Origin: an uncultured Bacilli bacterium
GTDB taxonomy: Bacteria; Bacillota_I; Bacilli_A; RF39; UBA660
NCBI GenBank assembly: GCA_947628565.1
Contig: CANRAH010000012.1
Coordinates: 1 to 48,932, forward strand
Direction of reading: 5' to 3'
DNA: 48,932 nt
Made by a program: the position numbers and the translations under genes
In this document: piece after piece, positions 9,315 to 19,668 of the stretch
Layout of the letters: the number at the start of each line of letters is the position of its first letter
How positions within the stretch are numbered: position 1 is the first letter of the stretch
The notes under the pieces: model-generated
What the model was told of the DNA's origin: nothing
The model's input: only the letters and a program-made list of their open reading frames with translations
Databases searched by the model: none

Positions 9315-9801
9315 AAAAGGTTTTACTTTGGTTGAGTTAATAACCACATTCTCACTAGTATCTGTAATTGTAATATTATTAATGAACTTGCTTGTCTTAA
9401 TTAAAAATATATATAGCGAATCAAATGTAAAAACTAATCTTTTAATAAATCAAGGGAATTTAAATAAAGTTTTAAATGAAGCATTTAAAAAGGATAATTT
9501 AATATCTTATAAATCTTGCAATGAAAGTGATTTTTGTTATGATTTTAATTTTAGTGATGGTTCAATTAAAAGATTAAATGTAACCAAAGATAAGATAACT
9601 TTTGATAATTACGTATACAAATTGAGTGAAGATAGTAGTATTATTAATCCTACTGTTGAAAAAGAATATACATTAAGTAATGATCTAAATAGTTATGATA
9701 GTATGCTGGTAATAAAAATACCTATAAAAAATAAATTTTATAGTGGCAATTTTGGAGCAAATATAATATATCAATATAATTCTAATAAAATAAGTTTATA
9801 A
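9307..9801 (+). CDS. prepilin-type pilin/pseudopilin
   Basis: N-terminus MNKKGFTLVELITTFSLVSVIVILL (G-F-T-L-V-E class III signal); overlaps upstream pilin gene end. Confidence 0.65.
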   Translation: MNKKGFTLVELITTFSLVSVIVILLMNLLVLIKNIYSESNVKTNLLINQGNLNKVLNEAFKKDNLISYKSCNESDFCYDFNFSDGSIKRLNVTKDKITFDNYVYKLSEDSSIINPTVEKEYTLSNDLNSYDSMLVIKIPIKNKFYSGNFGANIIYQYNSNKISL

Positions 9802-10720
9802 GAATAATTGTTATTATTGATGATAGTAATCCACCAAAAATTCTGCTAATCAAGTAGGGTAAATACCTTACTTTTTTATTGTCTATAATACTAAAAACTT
9901 GCATATGTATACAAAAGCCACCAAATGAAATTAAAAATGAAGCTATAGCCGCCTTAACAGTAATATTTAGATTTGATAATGATAAATATTTTAATCCTTG
10001 TGTGATTTCAATAATACCATATATAAATTTAAAATTAGCGTTAATATTTAATATTTTGTTAACAAGACATGTAATTATTAAAAATGTTGTTATAATTCCT
10101 AAAATTAAAAGTAGTGTATCAATAGTTGAATTTATGGATTCTTTTAAAACTGATACAAAGTTTTTTTTATTTTTACTATTTATTTCAGCATATGTATTTT
10201 TTGAATCGCTTTTACCTAAAAATCCAATCATAAAACTTGAAATATAATGACTTATTAAAATTATAAGACCAAGCCTTTTATCATGCAAAAATGTATATCC
10301 AACAGTACCAAGAATGAATATTGGGTTATTAAAATGACAGAAATTTAAACATTTTTTTAAATCATTTATATTTATTAAATTATTTTTATATAAATCTAAT
10401 AAATATACACTATTACTAGGAGTTCCACTTAAAATACTCATAACAAATGCAAAAGCACAATTTTTATTCACTTTAAATTTTTTCATGAGTGGGCTTAATA
10501 TATAGCTTATATCATATATAAAATCATAATTAATAAGAATGTTTGAAAGTAACATAAAAGGTATTAAAGTTGGAAATAAATTATTTATACATATTTTAAA
10601 TGATAATCTGATACTTTCAATTATCTCAAATGAATTAATTAACATAAAAGTAATAAAAAAACAAAATAAAAATATATATGTAATTTTTCTCATAATAAAA
10701 TATATTCTGTAATTTGACAA
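9782..10720 (-). CDS. polytopic integral membrane protein (YlbJ-like/nucleoside-recognition 'Gate' domain?)
   Basis: 312 aa, hydrophobic throughout with about 8 predicted helices; family assignment tentative. Confidence 0.35.
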   Translation of the reverse strand: MSNYRIYFIMRKITYIFLFCFFITFMLINSFEIIESIRLSFKICINNLFPTLIPFMLLSNILINYDFIYDISYILSPLMKKFKVNKNCAFAFVMSILSGTPSNSVYLLDLYKNNLININDLKKCLNFCHFNNPIFILGTVGYTFLHDKRLGLIILISHYISSFMIGFLGKSDSKNTYAEINSKNKKNFVSVLKESINSTIDTLLLILGIITTFLIITCLVNKILNINANFKFIYGIIEITQGLKYLSLSNLNITVKAAIASFLISFGGFCIHMQVFSIIDNKKVRYLPYLISRIFGGLLSSIITIILINLFY

Positions 10721-10764
10721 TATATCAAAAAGAATGTATAATATGTACCTGTTCAGGTGGTACT

Positions 10765-11466
10765 ATGAGTAAAAAAAGATTAATTATTATGATTTTAATT
10801 ATAGTAGTATTTTTATTTTTAATAGGATTATCTATATATTATTATAAAGATAAATACGAAATTTCTTTTGAAACTGGTACAGATGAACAGATATTAACGC
10901 AATATATAAAAAAAGGTGATTTAATAAAAGAACCTATAAAGCCAGAAAAAGAAGGTTATGTATTTATTGAATGGCAATATAATGGCAAAAAATACGATTT
11001 TTCTAGTAAAGTAAATAAAGATATGAAATTAACTGCAAAATGGCTTAAAGAAAAATATGTAACTGTAAATTATGTAACCAATTCAAACTATGAAATTGAC
11101 CCTGTTAAAATATTAAAAGAAGATCCAATTGATGATTTGCCCGTTGCTTATAAAGATGGATATGAGTTTATAGGGTGGTCATTATATGGTAATTTATATA
11201 ATGGTGAAATTATAAATGATGATGTTACATTAATTGCTTTATATAAAAATGATACTAAAAATGATACTTATAAAATAGGTGATGATGTTATGATTACGGG
11301 ATCTTATTCAGTCTCAGCTTATTCTAATGATGCAATAAATAAAAAAGCAATAGGATGGAATAGAAAAATATTATATATAATAGAAGACGCTAATTACCCA
11401 TATGTTATAGGGAATGATTACGGAGTTACTGGATATTTTAAAGCTAGTTCTATAGAAATAAATTAG
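10765..11466 (+). CDS. membrane-anchored protein with two Listeria-Bacteroides (Flg_new) repeat domains
   Basis: N-terminal TM helix; two copies of the ...EGYxFIGW...LTAKW / ...DGYEFIGW...TLIALY pattern; start at internal ATG with GGTGG RBS. Confidence 0.5.
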   Translation: MSKKRLIIMILIIVVFLFLIGLSIYYYKDKYEISFETGTDEQILTQYIKKGDLIKEPIKPEKEGYVFIEWQYNGKKYDFSSKVNKDMKLTAKWLKEKYVTVNYVTNSNYEIDPVKILKEDPIDDLPVAYKDGYEFIGWSLYGNLYNGEIINDDVTLIALYKNDTKNDTYKIGDDVMITGSYSVSAYSNDAINKKAIGWNRKILYIIEDANYPYVIGNDYGVTGYFKASSIEIN

Positions 11467-11479
11467 TAGGAGGTGTGGT

Positions 11480-11827
11480 ATGAAAGAAAATAAATCTAAC
11501 GAAATTTTAACCGATGAAAATTTTATGAAAGCTTTAGATAGTAAAAGGGATAATATAATTTCTTATAATACATCAAGAAAAGAAATTTTGAGTGCTATAA
11601 AAGTACTAAAAGAAGAATTACAAAAAGAAAAAGAAGAACTTAAAAGCATAAAGGGAAAAATAAAATTTTTAAATCGTTCATTAAAAAGTAAAAAAATTTC
11701 GTTAAGCAGAACTAAAAAATCTCTTAGATTAGAAAGAAAATCAGTTAATGAATTGAATAAAAAATTTACTAGTATTGATGATTCAAATTTAGGTTTTGAT
11801 GAAAATCAAAAAACTAAGATAAAATAA
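11480..11827 (+). CDS. hypothetical Lys-rich coiled-coil protein
   Basis: ORF with GGAGGTG RBS; heptad-like K/E/L composition. Confidence 0.4.
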   Translation: MKENKSNEILTDENFMKALDSKRDNIISYNTSRKEILSAIKVLKEELQKEKEELKSIKGKIKFLNRSLKSKKISLSRTKKSLRLERKSVNELNKKFTSIDDSNLGFDENQKTKIK

Positions 11828-11836
11828 ATTTATTTA

Positions 11837-11874
11837 AAAAAATACTTCCTTATAATTGTTAAGGAGGTATTTTT
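11837..11874. terminator. Bidirectional terminator between convergent 11480 ORF and def
   Basis: Hairpin AAATACTTCCTT-ataattgtt-AAGGAGGTATTT with flanking A/T runs. Confidence 0.4.
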
Positions 11875-12421
11875 ATATTAACCTTATTTCATCATTTGTA
11901 TAAAATGGTTTGTTTTTATCAATTTTATCATAAAATAAAATTCCATTTAAATGATCTATCTCATGTTGAAATGCAATCGAAAGCTCTTCTCTTGCTCTTA
12001 CTTTAATTTTATTTCCATCAACATCGAAACCTTCTACGGTAACTCTTGCATATCTTTTTATATGACCTTCAACTTCTCGATTAACACTTAAGCAACCTTC
12101 ACCAGCTTCAGCAGCTATCATTTCTGTTGAATAACTTACAATTTTTGGATTAACAAATACATAATTATTGAATTTACCATCTTCATATTCGTGTACTATA
12201 ACAATAATTCTTTCATTTATTCCAAGTTGTGGAAATGCTAATCCCATTCCTGGCCTTAAATCATATTTTTTTTCATATTCTTCTATTTGACTATATGTTA
12301 ATTCTTTTATTATTTGATCTATTGTATCTTTATATTCTTTTGATAAAGGAAGTTTTGCATCTTTACTAATTTTTCTTAGATGCGGATCTTTTTCATCAAG
12401 AATATTCAATTTTTTAAACAT
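11873..12421 (-). CDS. def: peptide deformylase
   Basis: Motifs GLAFPQLG, EGCLS, QHEIDHLNG; start set at internal ATG (MFKKLNIL) with GGAAGTGA RBS. Confidence 0.85.
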   Translation of the reverse strand: MFKKLNILDEKDPHLRKISKDAKLPLSKEYKDTIDQIIKELTYSQIEEYEKKYDLRPGMGLAFPQLGINERIIVIVHEYEDGKFNNYVFVNPKIVSYSTEMIAAEAGEGCLSVNREVEGHIKRYARVTVEGFDVDGNKIKVRAREELSIAFQHEIDHLNGILFYDKIDKNKPFYTNDEIRLI

Positions 12422-12475
12422 AAAATCACTTCCAGCAAGTATTATAGCACAAAAAAGATAAAAGGGAAACACCTT

Positions 12476-12643
12476 TTATCTTTGATCAAATACTCTTGCT
12501 CCTATTACAATTACAAGTAAAATAAATAATACTAATATAATAGCTGCACCATATCCAGTTCCATATCCAGAACCTCCTTGGTTGCATCCACATCCACCAT
12601 AAGGATATCCACCATATCCTTGGTAACCACCATAGTAATACAT
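12476..12643 (-). CDS. YjcZ-family tiny Gly/Tyr-rich membrane protein (sporulation-associated small protein family)
   Basis: MYYYGGYQGYGGYPYGGCGC... followed by C-terminal hydrophobic helix AAIILVLFILLVIVIG; GGAGG RBS 5 nt before the internal ATG. Confidence 0.5.
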   Translation of the reverse strand: MYYYGGYQGYGGYPYGGCGCNQGGSGYGTGYGAAIILVLFILLVIVIGARVFDQR

Positions 12644-12764
12644 ATAAACCTCCAATCTAGTCAATATATCTTATTAGTTTATTTTAATTTTGATAATTAA
12701 AAATACCCAGTGTATTCACAAAAATAAAATAATATGTTATTATATATTAAGAGTAGGTGATAGG

Positions 12765-13928
12765 GTGAAAAGTATAGGAAAAACTTTTAAAGATATGGAT
12801 AAAACTTTATTTTTTACCGTACTTGCATTAATAATTTTTGGTACTCTTAATATAGTTACTGCATCTAGTAGAGAGGCAGTTGTAAATCAAGATGCAAATT
12901 TATTTTATTTCTTCTTTAAACATATTATAATTTTGATAATAAGTTTTATAGGTTTTATATTTGTACTCAATATACCTACAAAAAATTATAAAAAGTGGAT
13001 TGTAATAATATATACTATAGTATTTAGTTTAAATGCCTATTTAATATTAAAAGGTGTATCTACAAGAGGAGCAAATAATTGGATAAATTTAAAATTTATG
13101 AAAATTCAGCCTAGTGAATTTGCAAAACCAACTTTGATTATAACTATGGCTGTATTATTTGAAATGTACTATAAGAAACTTAATAATAAAAAAGAAAAAC
13201 ATGACATGATAATATGGAAAATAATAGGTTTTGCTTTGATTTTTCCAATACTAGTATTTTTACAGAAGGATTTAGGGACTGCAATAATACTTTTTGGAAT
13301 ATTTGCTGTAATGTTTATATTTAGCCCAATATCAGCAAAAGAGAAGACAAAAGCGAGTATAATAGCAATTGGAATATTACTTATTTTATTAATTGCAAGA
13401 AAAAGTATTACAGGATATATACTTTCTGATACTCAGATGTCTAGATTAAATAACTTTACAAATCCATGCGCAAAATATGAAGGAACTGGTTATCAAGTTT
13501 GTAATGCATATATAGCAATTAATAACGGAGGGCTTACTGGTGTTGGAATAGGTAAGAGTACTCAAAAATATTCATATATACCAGAACCACATACGGATAT
13601 GGTGTTTGCCATTATAGCTGAAGAAAATGGAGTGCTTAAATGTTCATTAATATTTTTAGGATATTTAATAATAATATATAGAATATTAAAACTTTCAACT
13701 AAAACAAAACCTTTAAGAAATAAATATATATGTATAGGAACAGCAACTTATATTTTCTTACATATATTTATAAATTTAGGAGGATTGTTTGGTATAATAC
13801 CATTAACTGGTGTACCACTTCCATTTTTATCATATGGAGGAAGTTTTACTTTATCTTTAATATTAATGCTAGCTGTTATTCAAGTAATTCATATAGAATA
13901 TAGAAATGAAAAAATAGTAGTTAAATAA
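12765..13928 (+). CDS. SEDS-family peptidoglycan glycosyltransferase (FtsW/RodA/SpoVE)
   Basis: Motifs NWINLKFMKIQPSEFAKP, PEPHTDMVFAIIAEE, PLTGVPLPFLSYGGS; start tentatively at GTG after AGGTGA RBS (track ORF begins at 12690). Confidence 0.75.
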   Translation: MKSIGKTFKDMDKTLFFTVLALIIFGTLNIVTASSREAVVNQDANLFYFFFKHIIILIISFIGFIFVLNIPTKNYKKWIVIIYTIVFSLNAYLILKGVSTRGANNWINLKFMKIQPSEFAKPTLIITMAVLFEMYYKKLNNKKEKHDMIIWKIIGFALIFPILVFLQKDLGTAIILFGIFAVMFIFSPISAKEKTKASIIAIGILLILLIARKSITGYILSDTQMSRLNNFTNPCAKYEGTGYQVCNAYIAINNGGLTGVGIGKSTQKYSYIPEPHTDMVFAIIAEENGVLKCSLIFLGYLIIIYRILKLSTKTKPLRNKYICIGTATYIFLHIFINLGGLFGIIPLTGVPLPFLSYGGSFTLSLILMLAVIQVIHIEYRNEKIVVK

Positions 13929-14041
13929 AAATACTTGCATAAATTATGAAAATAGTGTATATTATTATTGTACTTATTTCTTGGTGGGGAAATTCTCCGA
14001 TTTCCTACTAGGTATAAGCTTATATTAGGAAGGAGAAAATT

Positions 14042-14311
14042 ATGGCTTTAACAAAAGATAAAAAAGCAGAATTAGTTAAGAAATATGGTAAGGATCAAAA
14101 CGATACAGGATCTATAGAGGTTCAAATTGCAATACTTACTGAAGAAATTAATTCTTTAACTGAACACTTTAAAGTACATCCACAAGATAATCATTCTAAA
14201 CGTGGTTTACTACATAAAGTAGGTCAAAGAAAAAGCTTACTTAACTATTTAATTAAGAACGATGTTACAAGATATCGTAAGATAGTTAAAGATTTGGGCT
14301 TAAGAAAATAA
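14042..14311 (+). CDS. rpsO: 30S ribosomal protein S15
   Basis: 89 aa, MALTKDKK...[16 protein letters not shown] signature. Confidence 0.9.
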   Translation: MALTKDKKAELVKKYGKDQNDTGSIEVQIAILTEEINSLTEHFKVHPQDNHSKRGLLHKVGQRKSLLNYLIKNDVTRYRKIVKDLGLRK

Positions 14312-14323
14312 TAAAAAAACGTA

Positions 14324-14352
14324 GACACTCTTTTTTGAGTGTCTTTAATTTG
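14324..14352 (+). terminator. rpsO terminator/attenuator upstream of pnp
   Basis: Hairpin AGACACTC-tttttt-GAGTGTCT followed by TTTAATTT. Confidence 0.5.
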
Positions 14353-14376
14353 AAAAATTGTGTAGAGGTGATAAGG

Positions 14377-16506
14377 ATGAAAAAAATATATGAATTAGAT
14401 TTTAGAGGAAGAAAATTAATAGTCGAAATAGGGGAACTTGCTAAACAAGCGACAGGTGCAGTATTTGTTAGATATGGAGATACAGTAGTCCTTTCTACTG
14501 TTGTAGTAAGTAAAACTGCAAATGTATTATCCGATTTTTTTCCACTTATGGTTTTATATCAAGAAAAATTATATTCTGTTGGTAAAATACCAGGTGGATT
14601 TATAAAAAGAGAAGGTAGACCAACTGATCAAGCAACACTAGCTGCTCGTATGATTGATAGACCTATGAGACCTATGTTTCCTGAAGATTTTAAAAATGAA
14701 GTACAGATTGTTAATACCGTACTTTCAGTAGATCCAGATAATTCACCAGAAATGGCAGCAATGTTTGGATCATCTCTTGCAACAAGTATATCAAAAATAC
14801 CATTTGATGGACCTATTGCTGGTGTTAAAGTAGGAAGAGTAGATGGAAAATTTGTAATTAATCCTACGGTAGAAGAATCTGATAATTCAGATATAGATCT
14901 TACTGTTGCTGGTACAATGGACGCAATAAACATGGTTGAGGCAGGAGCTAAAGAAGTTAACGAAGATGACATGCTTGAAGCTTTAATGTTTGGGCATGAG
15001 GCTGTTAAAGAATTATGTGAATTTGAGAAAAAAATAATTGATGAAGTTGGGGAAGGAAAAATGGAGTATGAGGTACTTGAGATATCTGATACTCTAAGAT
15101 GTGAGATAAAAGAATATTGTAGTAAAAGATTAGATGAAGCATTAAGAATAAAAGATAAACTTACTAAATATAATACAATTGATTCATTAAAAGAAGAAAT
15201 AGTTAATAAATATGAAAGTGAAAATAAAGATTTAGAAAAAGAAGAATTAGACAAGCTTTTAACTAGTGTAAAATTGGTATTTGGAGAAATTGAATATGAA
15301 TTATTTAGATCTATAGTAGTTAAAGAACACTTAAGAGCTGATGGAAGAACTATGACAGAAATAAGACCAATATCAACAGATATAGATTTATTACCTAGAA
15401 CACATGGTTCAGCATTATTTACTCGTGGCGAAACACAAAGTTTAAGTGTAACAACACTTGGTGCTTTAGGAGAACATCAAATATTGGATGGACTTGATTT
15501 AGAAACTGAAAAAAGATTTATGCTACATTACAATTTTCCACAATTTAGTGTTGGTGAAACAGGAAGATATGGAGCACCTGGTAGAAGAGAAATTGGACAT
15601 GGAGCATTAGGTGAAAGAGCTTTATTACAAGTAATACCAAGCGAAGAAGAATTCCCTTATACTATACGTGTGGTATCTGAAATATTAGAATCAAATGGTT
15701 CTTCATCACAAGCTAGTATATGTGCTGGATGTATGAGTTTGATGGCAGCTGGTGTACCAATTAAAGCGCCTGTTGCTGGAATAGCTATGGGACTTATTAC
15801 TTATGGTGATGATTATACTATTTTAACAGATATTCAAGGAATGGAAGATCATTTAGGCGATATGGACTTCAAAGTGGCAGGTACGAAAGATGGAATATGT
15901 GCCCTTCAAATGGATATTAAGATAAAAGGTATAACTAAGCAAATATTAAAAGAGGCTTTGGCTCAAGCAAAAGTTGCTCGTATGGAAATATTAGATAAAA
16001 TAACATCTCAAATACCTGAACCAAGAAAAGAGGTTAGTAAGTATGCTCCAAAAACTATGACATTTACAATTGATCCTAATAAGATTAAAGAAGTTATAGG
16101 AAAAGGTGGAGAGATGATTACTAAAATTATTCTTGAAGCAAGTAATGTTACTCAAGTTAACGATGTAAATGCTGTTAAAGTTGATTTGGAAGATGATGGT
16201 AGAGTTATAATATATCATACTGATAAAGATATAATAGAAAAAACTGCTAAGATGATTAAAGATGTAGTAAGGACTCCAGAAGAAGGAAAAATATATAATG
16301 CAAAGGTTGTTAAAATAATAGATTCAGGATGTTTTGTTGAAATATGGCCAGGATGTGAAGGAATGGTACATGTTTCTGAACTTAATACAGAAAGAGTTGA
16401 AAAAGTAACAGATATAGTTAAAGAAGGAGATGAAATCATAGTTAAATGCCTTGGCTATGATAAAAGAGGAAGACTTAATTTTTCAAGAAAAGCAGCTATT
16501 AAATAG
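14377..16506 (+). CDS. pnp: polynucleotide phosphorylase
   Basis: Two RNase PH domains, KH and S1 C-terminal domains; start at MKKIYELDFRGR with GAGGTGA RBS. Confidence 0.9.
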   Translation: MKKIYELDFRGRKLIVEIGELAKQATGAVFVRYGDTVVLSTVVVSKTANVLSDFFPLMVLYQEKLYSVGKIPGGFIKREGRPTDQATLAARMIDRPMRPMFPEDFKNEVQIVNTVLSVDPDNSPEMAAMFGSSLATSISKIPFDGPIAGVKVGRVDGKFVINPTVEESDNSDIDLTVAGTMDAINMVEAGAKEVNEDDMLEALMFGHEAVKELCEFEKKIIDEVGEGKMEYEVLEISDTLRCEIKEYCSKRLDEALRIKDKLTKYNTIDSLKEEIVNKYESENKDLEKEELDKLLTSVKLVFGEIEYELFRSIVVKEHLRADGRTMTEIRPISTDIDLLPRTHGSALFTRGETQSLSVTTLGALGEHQILDGLDLETEKRFMLHYNFPQFSVGETGRYGAPGRREIGHGALGERALLQVIPSEEEFPYTIRVVSEILESNGSSSQASICAGCMSLMAAGVPIKAPVAGIAMGLITYGDDYTILTDIQGMEDHLGDMDFKVAGTKDGICALQMDIKIKGITKQILKEALAQAKVARMEILDKITSQIPEPRKEVSKYAPKTMTFTIDPNKIKEVIGKGGEMITKIILEASNVTQVNDVNAVKVDLEDDGRVIIYHTDKDIIEKTAKMIKDVVRTPEEGKIYNAKVVKIIDSGCFVEIWPGCEGMVHVSELNTERVEKVTDIVKEGDEIIVKCLGYDKRGRLNFSRKAAIK

Positions 16507-16555
16507 TTGCTTTTCTATTAAAAAAGTGTTATTATAAGGCTTATAGGAGGTTTGT

Positions 16556-17011
16556 ATGGTTGAAGATAAGGAAATAATAGTTAAAATAACTGCTGATAAA
16601 AATGAAAAAACTTTCGCAATTATTAAACCAGATGGAATTAAAAATACAACAAAAATAATTGAAATGATTTATAATTCTGGATTAAAAATCGAAAAATATG
16701 AAATAAGAAAGTTAAATGAAGAAATTTTAAGAGAACATTATGCTCATATAGCAGATAAACCATTTTATCCTGAAGTTGAACAGTATATGCTATCAAGTGA
16801 GGTTGTACTTATGATTTTAAGTGGAGAAGAAGCTGTTTCAAAATTTAGAAAATTAATGGGGCCTACTGATAGTACTAAAGCACCAAAAGGTACTATAAGA
16901 GGAGAATTTGGAATTGATAAAACAAGAAACGTTGTACATGGTTCAGATTCAAAAGAGAATGCAGAAATAGAAATAGATAGATTTTTTAAACAAAAACAAA
17001 AGGTCAGATAA
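16556..17011 (+). CDS. ndk: nucleoside diphosphate kinase
   Basis: FAIIKPDG and NVVHGSDS motifs. Confidence 0.85.
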   Translation: MVEDKEIIVKITADKNEKTFAIIKPDGIKNTTKIIEMIYNSGLKIEKYEIRKLNEEILREHYAHIADKPFYPEVEQYMLSSEVVLMILSGEEAVSKFRKLMGPTDSTKAPKGTIRGEFGIDKTRNVVHGSDSKENAEIEIDRFFKQKQKVR

Positions 17012-17030
17012 GACCTTTTATTTTTTCTGT
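16999..17030. terminator. Bidirectional terminator embedded in the 8-nt overlap of convergent ndk and rnhC
   Basis: Hairpin AAGGTC-agataa-GACCTT containing both stop codons, T-runs on both sides. Confidence 0.4.
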
Positions 17031-17948
17031 ATTTTTAAAATTTAGTTTAGCAATTTCTTCTAATTTTTCATATCCATATTTTTCATATATTTCTTTAGCT
17101 TGAGCTGTTGCAATATCACCAGCGCCTTTTTGAATATTTATACCTAAATTTTTTGAAATTTTATCCATTTCTTTGATAAAAATATATCTACTTATTAAAG
17201 AAGCACATGCAACAGATAGATGTTTATCTTCACCTTTAGTAAAAAAAGTAATATCCATAACTACATTAGATGAATCTTTTAAGTAATTAAAATATGTATC
17301 TCTTTTTGCAAATTCATCTATGATAATATATTCGTAATTAGAAATTTTATTTTTAAGTTTATATAAAACTTTATTATGTAGTATTGCTTTGATTTTATTC
17401 ATATTTATTTCTTTTGAATAATATTTATTATAATCTTTATTATTCAATATTATAGATTCATAATCAATTTTATTAATAAATTTAGGTACAATATTTAAAA
17501 TGTCATTATCTGTCAATTTTTTAGAATCTTTAACGCCAATTTCTTCCAAAAAACTTATATTTTCTTTTTCTACATAGCAAGCTGTAACAACAATAGGGCC
17601 AAAATAGTCTCCAGTTCCAACTTCATCTGAGCCAATACTAGAAGTGTAATATATTTTAGGATTTACTTGAGGTATTTTTTTTGAATCCTTGTTTTTACTT
17701 GACTTTACGCTTACTTTACCACTATTTATTTTTTCGGTTTCAAGCCAAAAGTCACTTGCTAAATCAGCATCTTTCCCTTGAAATACAACTTTACCTGATT
17801 CATATAAAGTAATGACTGTATCTCCATCCTTAGCTTGCCATTTAGCGTATTGTGGCGTTTTTTCTCTTTTGCACCAATTCAATTCTTTACTCATTAATTC
17901 TTGAGTTTTCTCACTCGCAACAAATGATACTACATTATTTTTTTGCAT
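17004..17948 (-). CDS. rnhC: ribonuclease HIII
   Basis: N-terminal TBP-like domain plus RNase HII-fold with IGSDEVGTGDYFGPIVV catalytic region; about 310 aa. Confidence 0.8.
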   Translation of the reverse strand: MQKNNVVSFVASEKTQELMSKELNWCKREKTPQYAKWQAKDGDTVITLYESGKVVFQGKDADLASDFWLETEKINSGKVSVKSSKNKDSKKIPQVNPKIYYTSSIGSDEVGTGDYFGPIVVTACYVEKENISFLEEIGVKDSKKLTDNDILNIVPKFINKIDYESIILNNKDYNKYYSKEINMNKIKAILHNKVLYKLKNKISNYEYIIIDEFAKRDTYFNYLKDSSNVVMDITFFTKGEDKHLSVACASLISRYIFIKEMDKISKNLGINIQKGAGDIATAQAKEIYEKYGYEKLEEIAKLNFKNTEKIKGLI

Positions 17949-18035
17949 AACATCACCAAGATAATTTTATCACAAAAATTTATAAATTACTTTATTTTTG
18001 TAAAAAAATATAATATAATTAACATGGGTGATAGA

Positions 18036-18725
18036 ATGAACATAGCAGATATAGTAATTATAATTTTTATATTATTTGGAGCTCTTTTAGGATTTAAAAG
18101 AGGATTTACAAGAGAACTTGTATCTTTTGTAGGTGTATTTTTAATAATAATATTATCATTTTTATTGAAAAATCCAGTAAGTGTATTTTTATATAATCAT
18201 TTTCCTTTTTTCAATTTTGGTGGAATATTTAAAGATATAACTGTACTTAATATATTGTTATATGAGGTTATTGCATTTTTCATTGTGTTTTTTGTACTAA
18301 CAATTGTATTTAAAATTCTATTGAAGTTAACTAAGATATTTGAAACATTATTAAATATGACTATAATACTTGGTATTCCATCAAAAATACTTGGATTAGT
18401 ACTTGGTGCATTGGAATCAATCATATATGTATTTATTATTCTTTACATTTTAAATCTACCTATGTTTAATATAAATATAATAAAAGAATCAAATGTTGGG
18501 AATGCTATACTTGAAAAGACTCCAGTATTAAGACAAGTTTGTGATAAGTCAATTGTTGTATTTAAAGAAATAAATGATTTAAAAGAGGAATATGAAAATA
18601 CAAATAATATAGATGAATTTAATAGTAAAGCACTAAAAGCTATGATTGATAACAATATAATAACATATGAAAATGCAAAAAAACTAATCGACAGTGGAAA
18701 AATAAAAGGTGTAACTTTATCTTAA
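18036..18725 (+). CDS. CvpA-family membrane protein
   Basis: MNIADIVIIIFILFGALLGFKRGFTRE N-terminus typical of CvpA; rnhC-cvpA adjacency as in Bacillus; start at internal ATG with GGGTGAT RBS. Confidence 0.6.
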   Translation: MNIADIVIIIFILFGALLGFKRGFTRELVSFVGVFLIIILSFLLKNPVSVFLYNHFPFFNFGGIFKDITVLNILLYEVIAFFIVFFVLTIVFKILLKLTKIFETLLNMTIILGIPSKILGLVLGALESIIYVFIILYILNLPMFNINIIKESNVGNAILEKTPVLRQVCDKSIVVFKEINDLKEEYENTNNIDEFNSKALKAMIDNNIITYENAKKLIDSGKIKGVTLS

Positions 18726-18895
18726 TCTTTTGAATAAAAGTGTAAATATTTACACTAGTAAATACATAATAAAATAATAAATAAAATTAAATTTTTAAAA
18801 AAATTATTTTTAATGTAATAAAACTATTTAAAAACAAATTTATCTATGCTAAAATAGATAATGTAAACAAAATTTAAAAATAGCGGAGTGGTAAT

Positions 18896-19579
18896 ATGTA
18901 TGAAATACTTAATTTTATAGTTTCAAATATTTATCTTTATATTTGCATAGTTGTCGGTCTTATAATATTAACTTGTATATTAATAATTATGGCTTCAAAT
19001 AAAAATAATAGAAAGAAAATCAAAAATGACTTTATAGAAGCTGAAAAAACGGAAAGTGAACTTGAAAAAATTGAAGAAAAGCCAAGTGAACTTGATAATA
19101 TCATAAAAAAGATGCAACAAGATATGGAAGTAAAACCTGAAGAGGTCGTAAAAAGATTTGAAGAAGAACAAGAAAAGCAAGCTATTATAAGTTATAAAGA
19201 ATTAGTAGATAGTGTAAAAACAGGAAAAATAGAAGTTATCGATGATGAGGAATCTGATGTAAACTTTGTTGAAAATTTAATTGACGAACCAATTAATATT
19301 GAAAGTGATGAAAGTTCCGTTACACCAGAAATGGTAAAAGAAGCAATAGAAACAATATCTCACGATTCTAAAAAAGAGGAACCAAAGAAATTTAAGCAAA
19401 GTGAGTTTATATCGCCAATATATGGTGTTATGGATACAAAGTTAGAATATCCTAAAGTTAGGAAACAAGAAAATATTCTTGATATTATGAATACAAGAGA
19501 TTATAATGAGTTAACAGAAGAAATAAAAAAACAAGAAGAGTTTTTGCGAGTGTTAAAAGAATTTAGAAATAATCTTTAA
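18896..19579 (+). CDS. hypothetical membrane-anchored Glu/Lys-rich protein
   Basis: N-terminal TM helix then charged low-complexity region. Confidence 0.4.
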   Translation: MYEILNFIVSNIYLYICIVVGLIILTCILIIMASNKNNRKKIKNDFIEAEKTESELEKIEEKPSELDNIIKKMQQDMEVKPEEVVKRFEEEQEKQAIISYKELVDSVKTGKIEVIDDEESDVNFVENLIDEPINIESDESSVTPEMVKEAIETISHDSKKEEPKKFKQSEFISPIYGVMDTKLEYPKVRKQENILDIMNTRDYNELTEEIKKQEEFLRVLKEFRNNL

Positions 19580-19668
19580 ATGTACTTAATGTACATTTTT
19601 TTAATTTCAAAAAGGAAATTAATATTTTTTCTAATATGATATATATAGAAGTCACTAGAAAGGAGAGT

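Noticed and set aside
14628-15254. 208-aa minus-strand ORF (plus other antisense ORFs at 669-917, 2297-2533, 5276-5663, 6351-6623, 7240-7482, 15991-16439, 18197-18655, 31572-31778 and similar)
   Set aside because: They are fully embedded antisense to well-supported genes (pnp, gltX, aspS and others), have low-complexity S/I/L/F-rich translations typical of AT-rich antisense frames, and lack RBSs.
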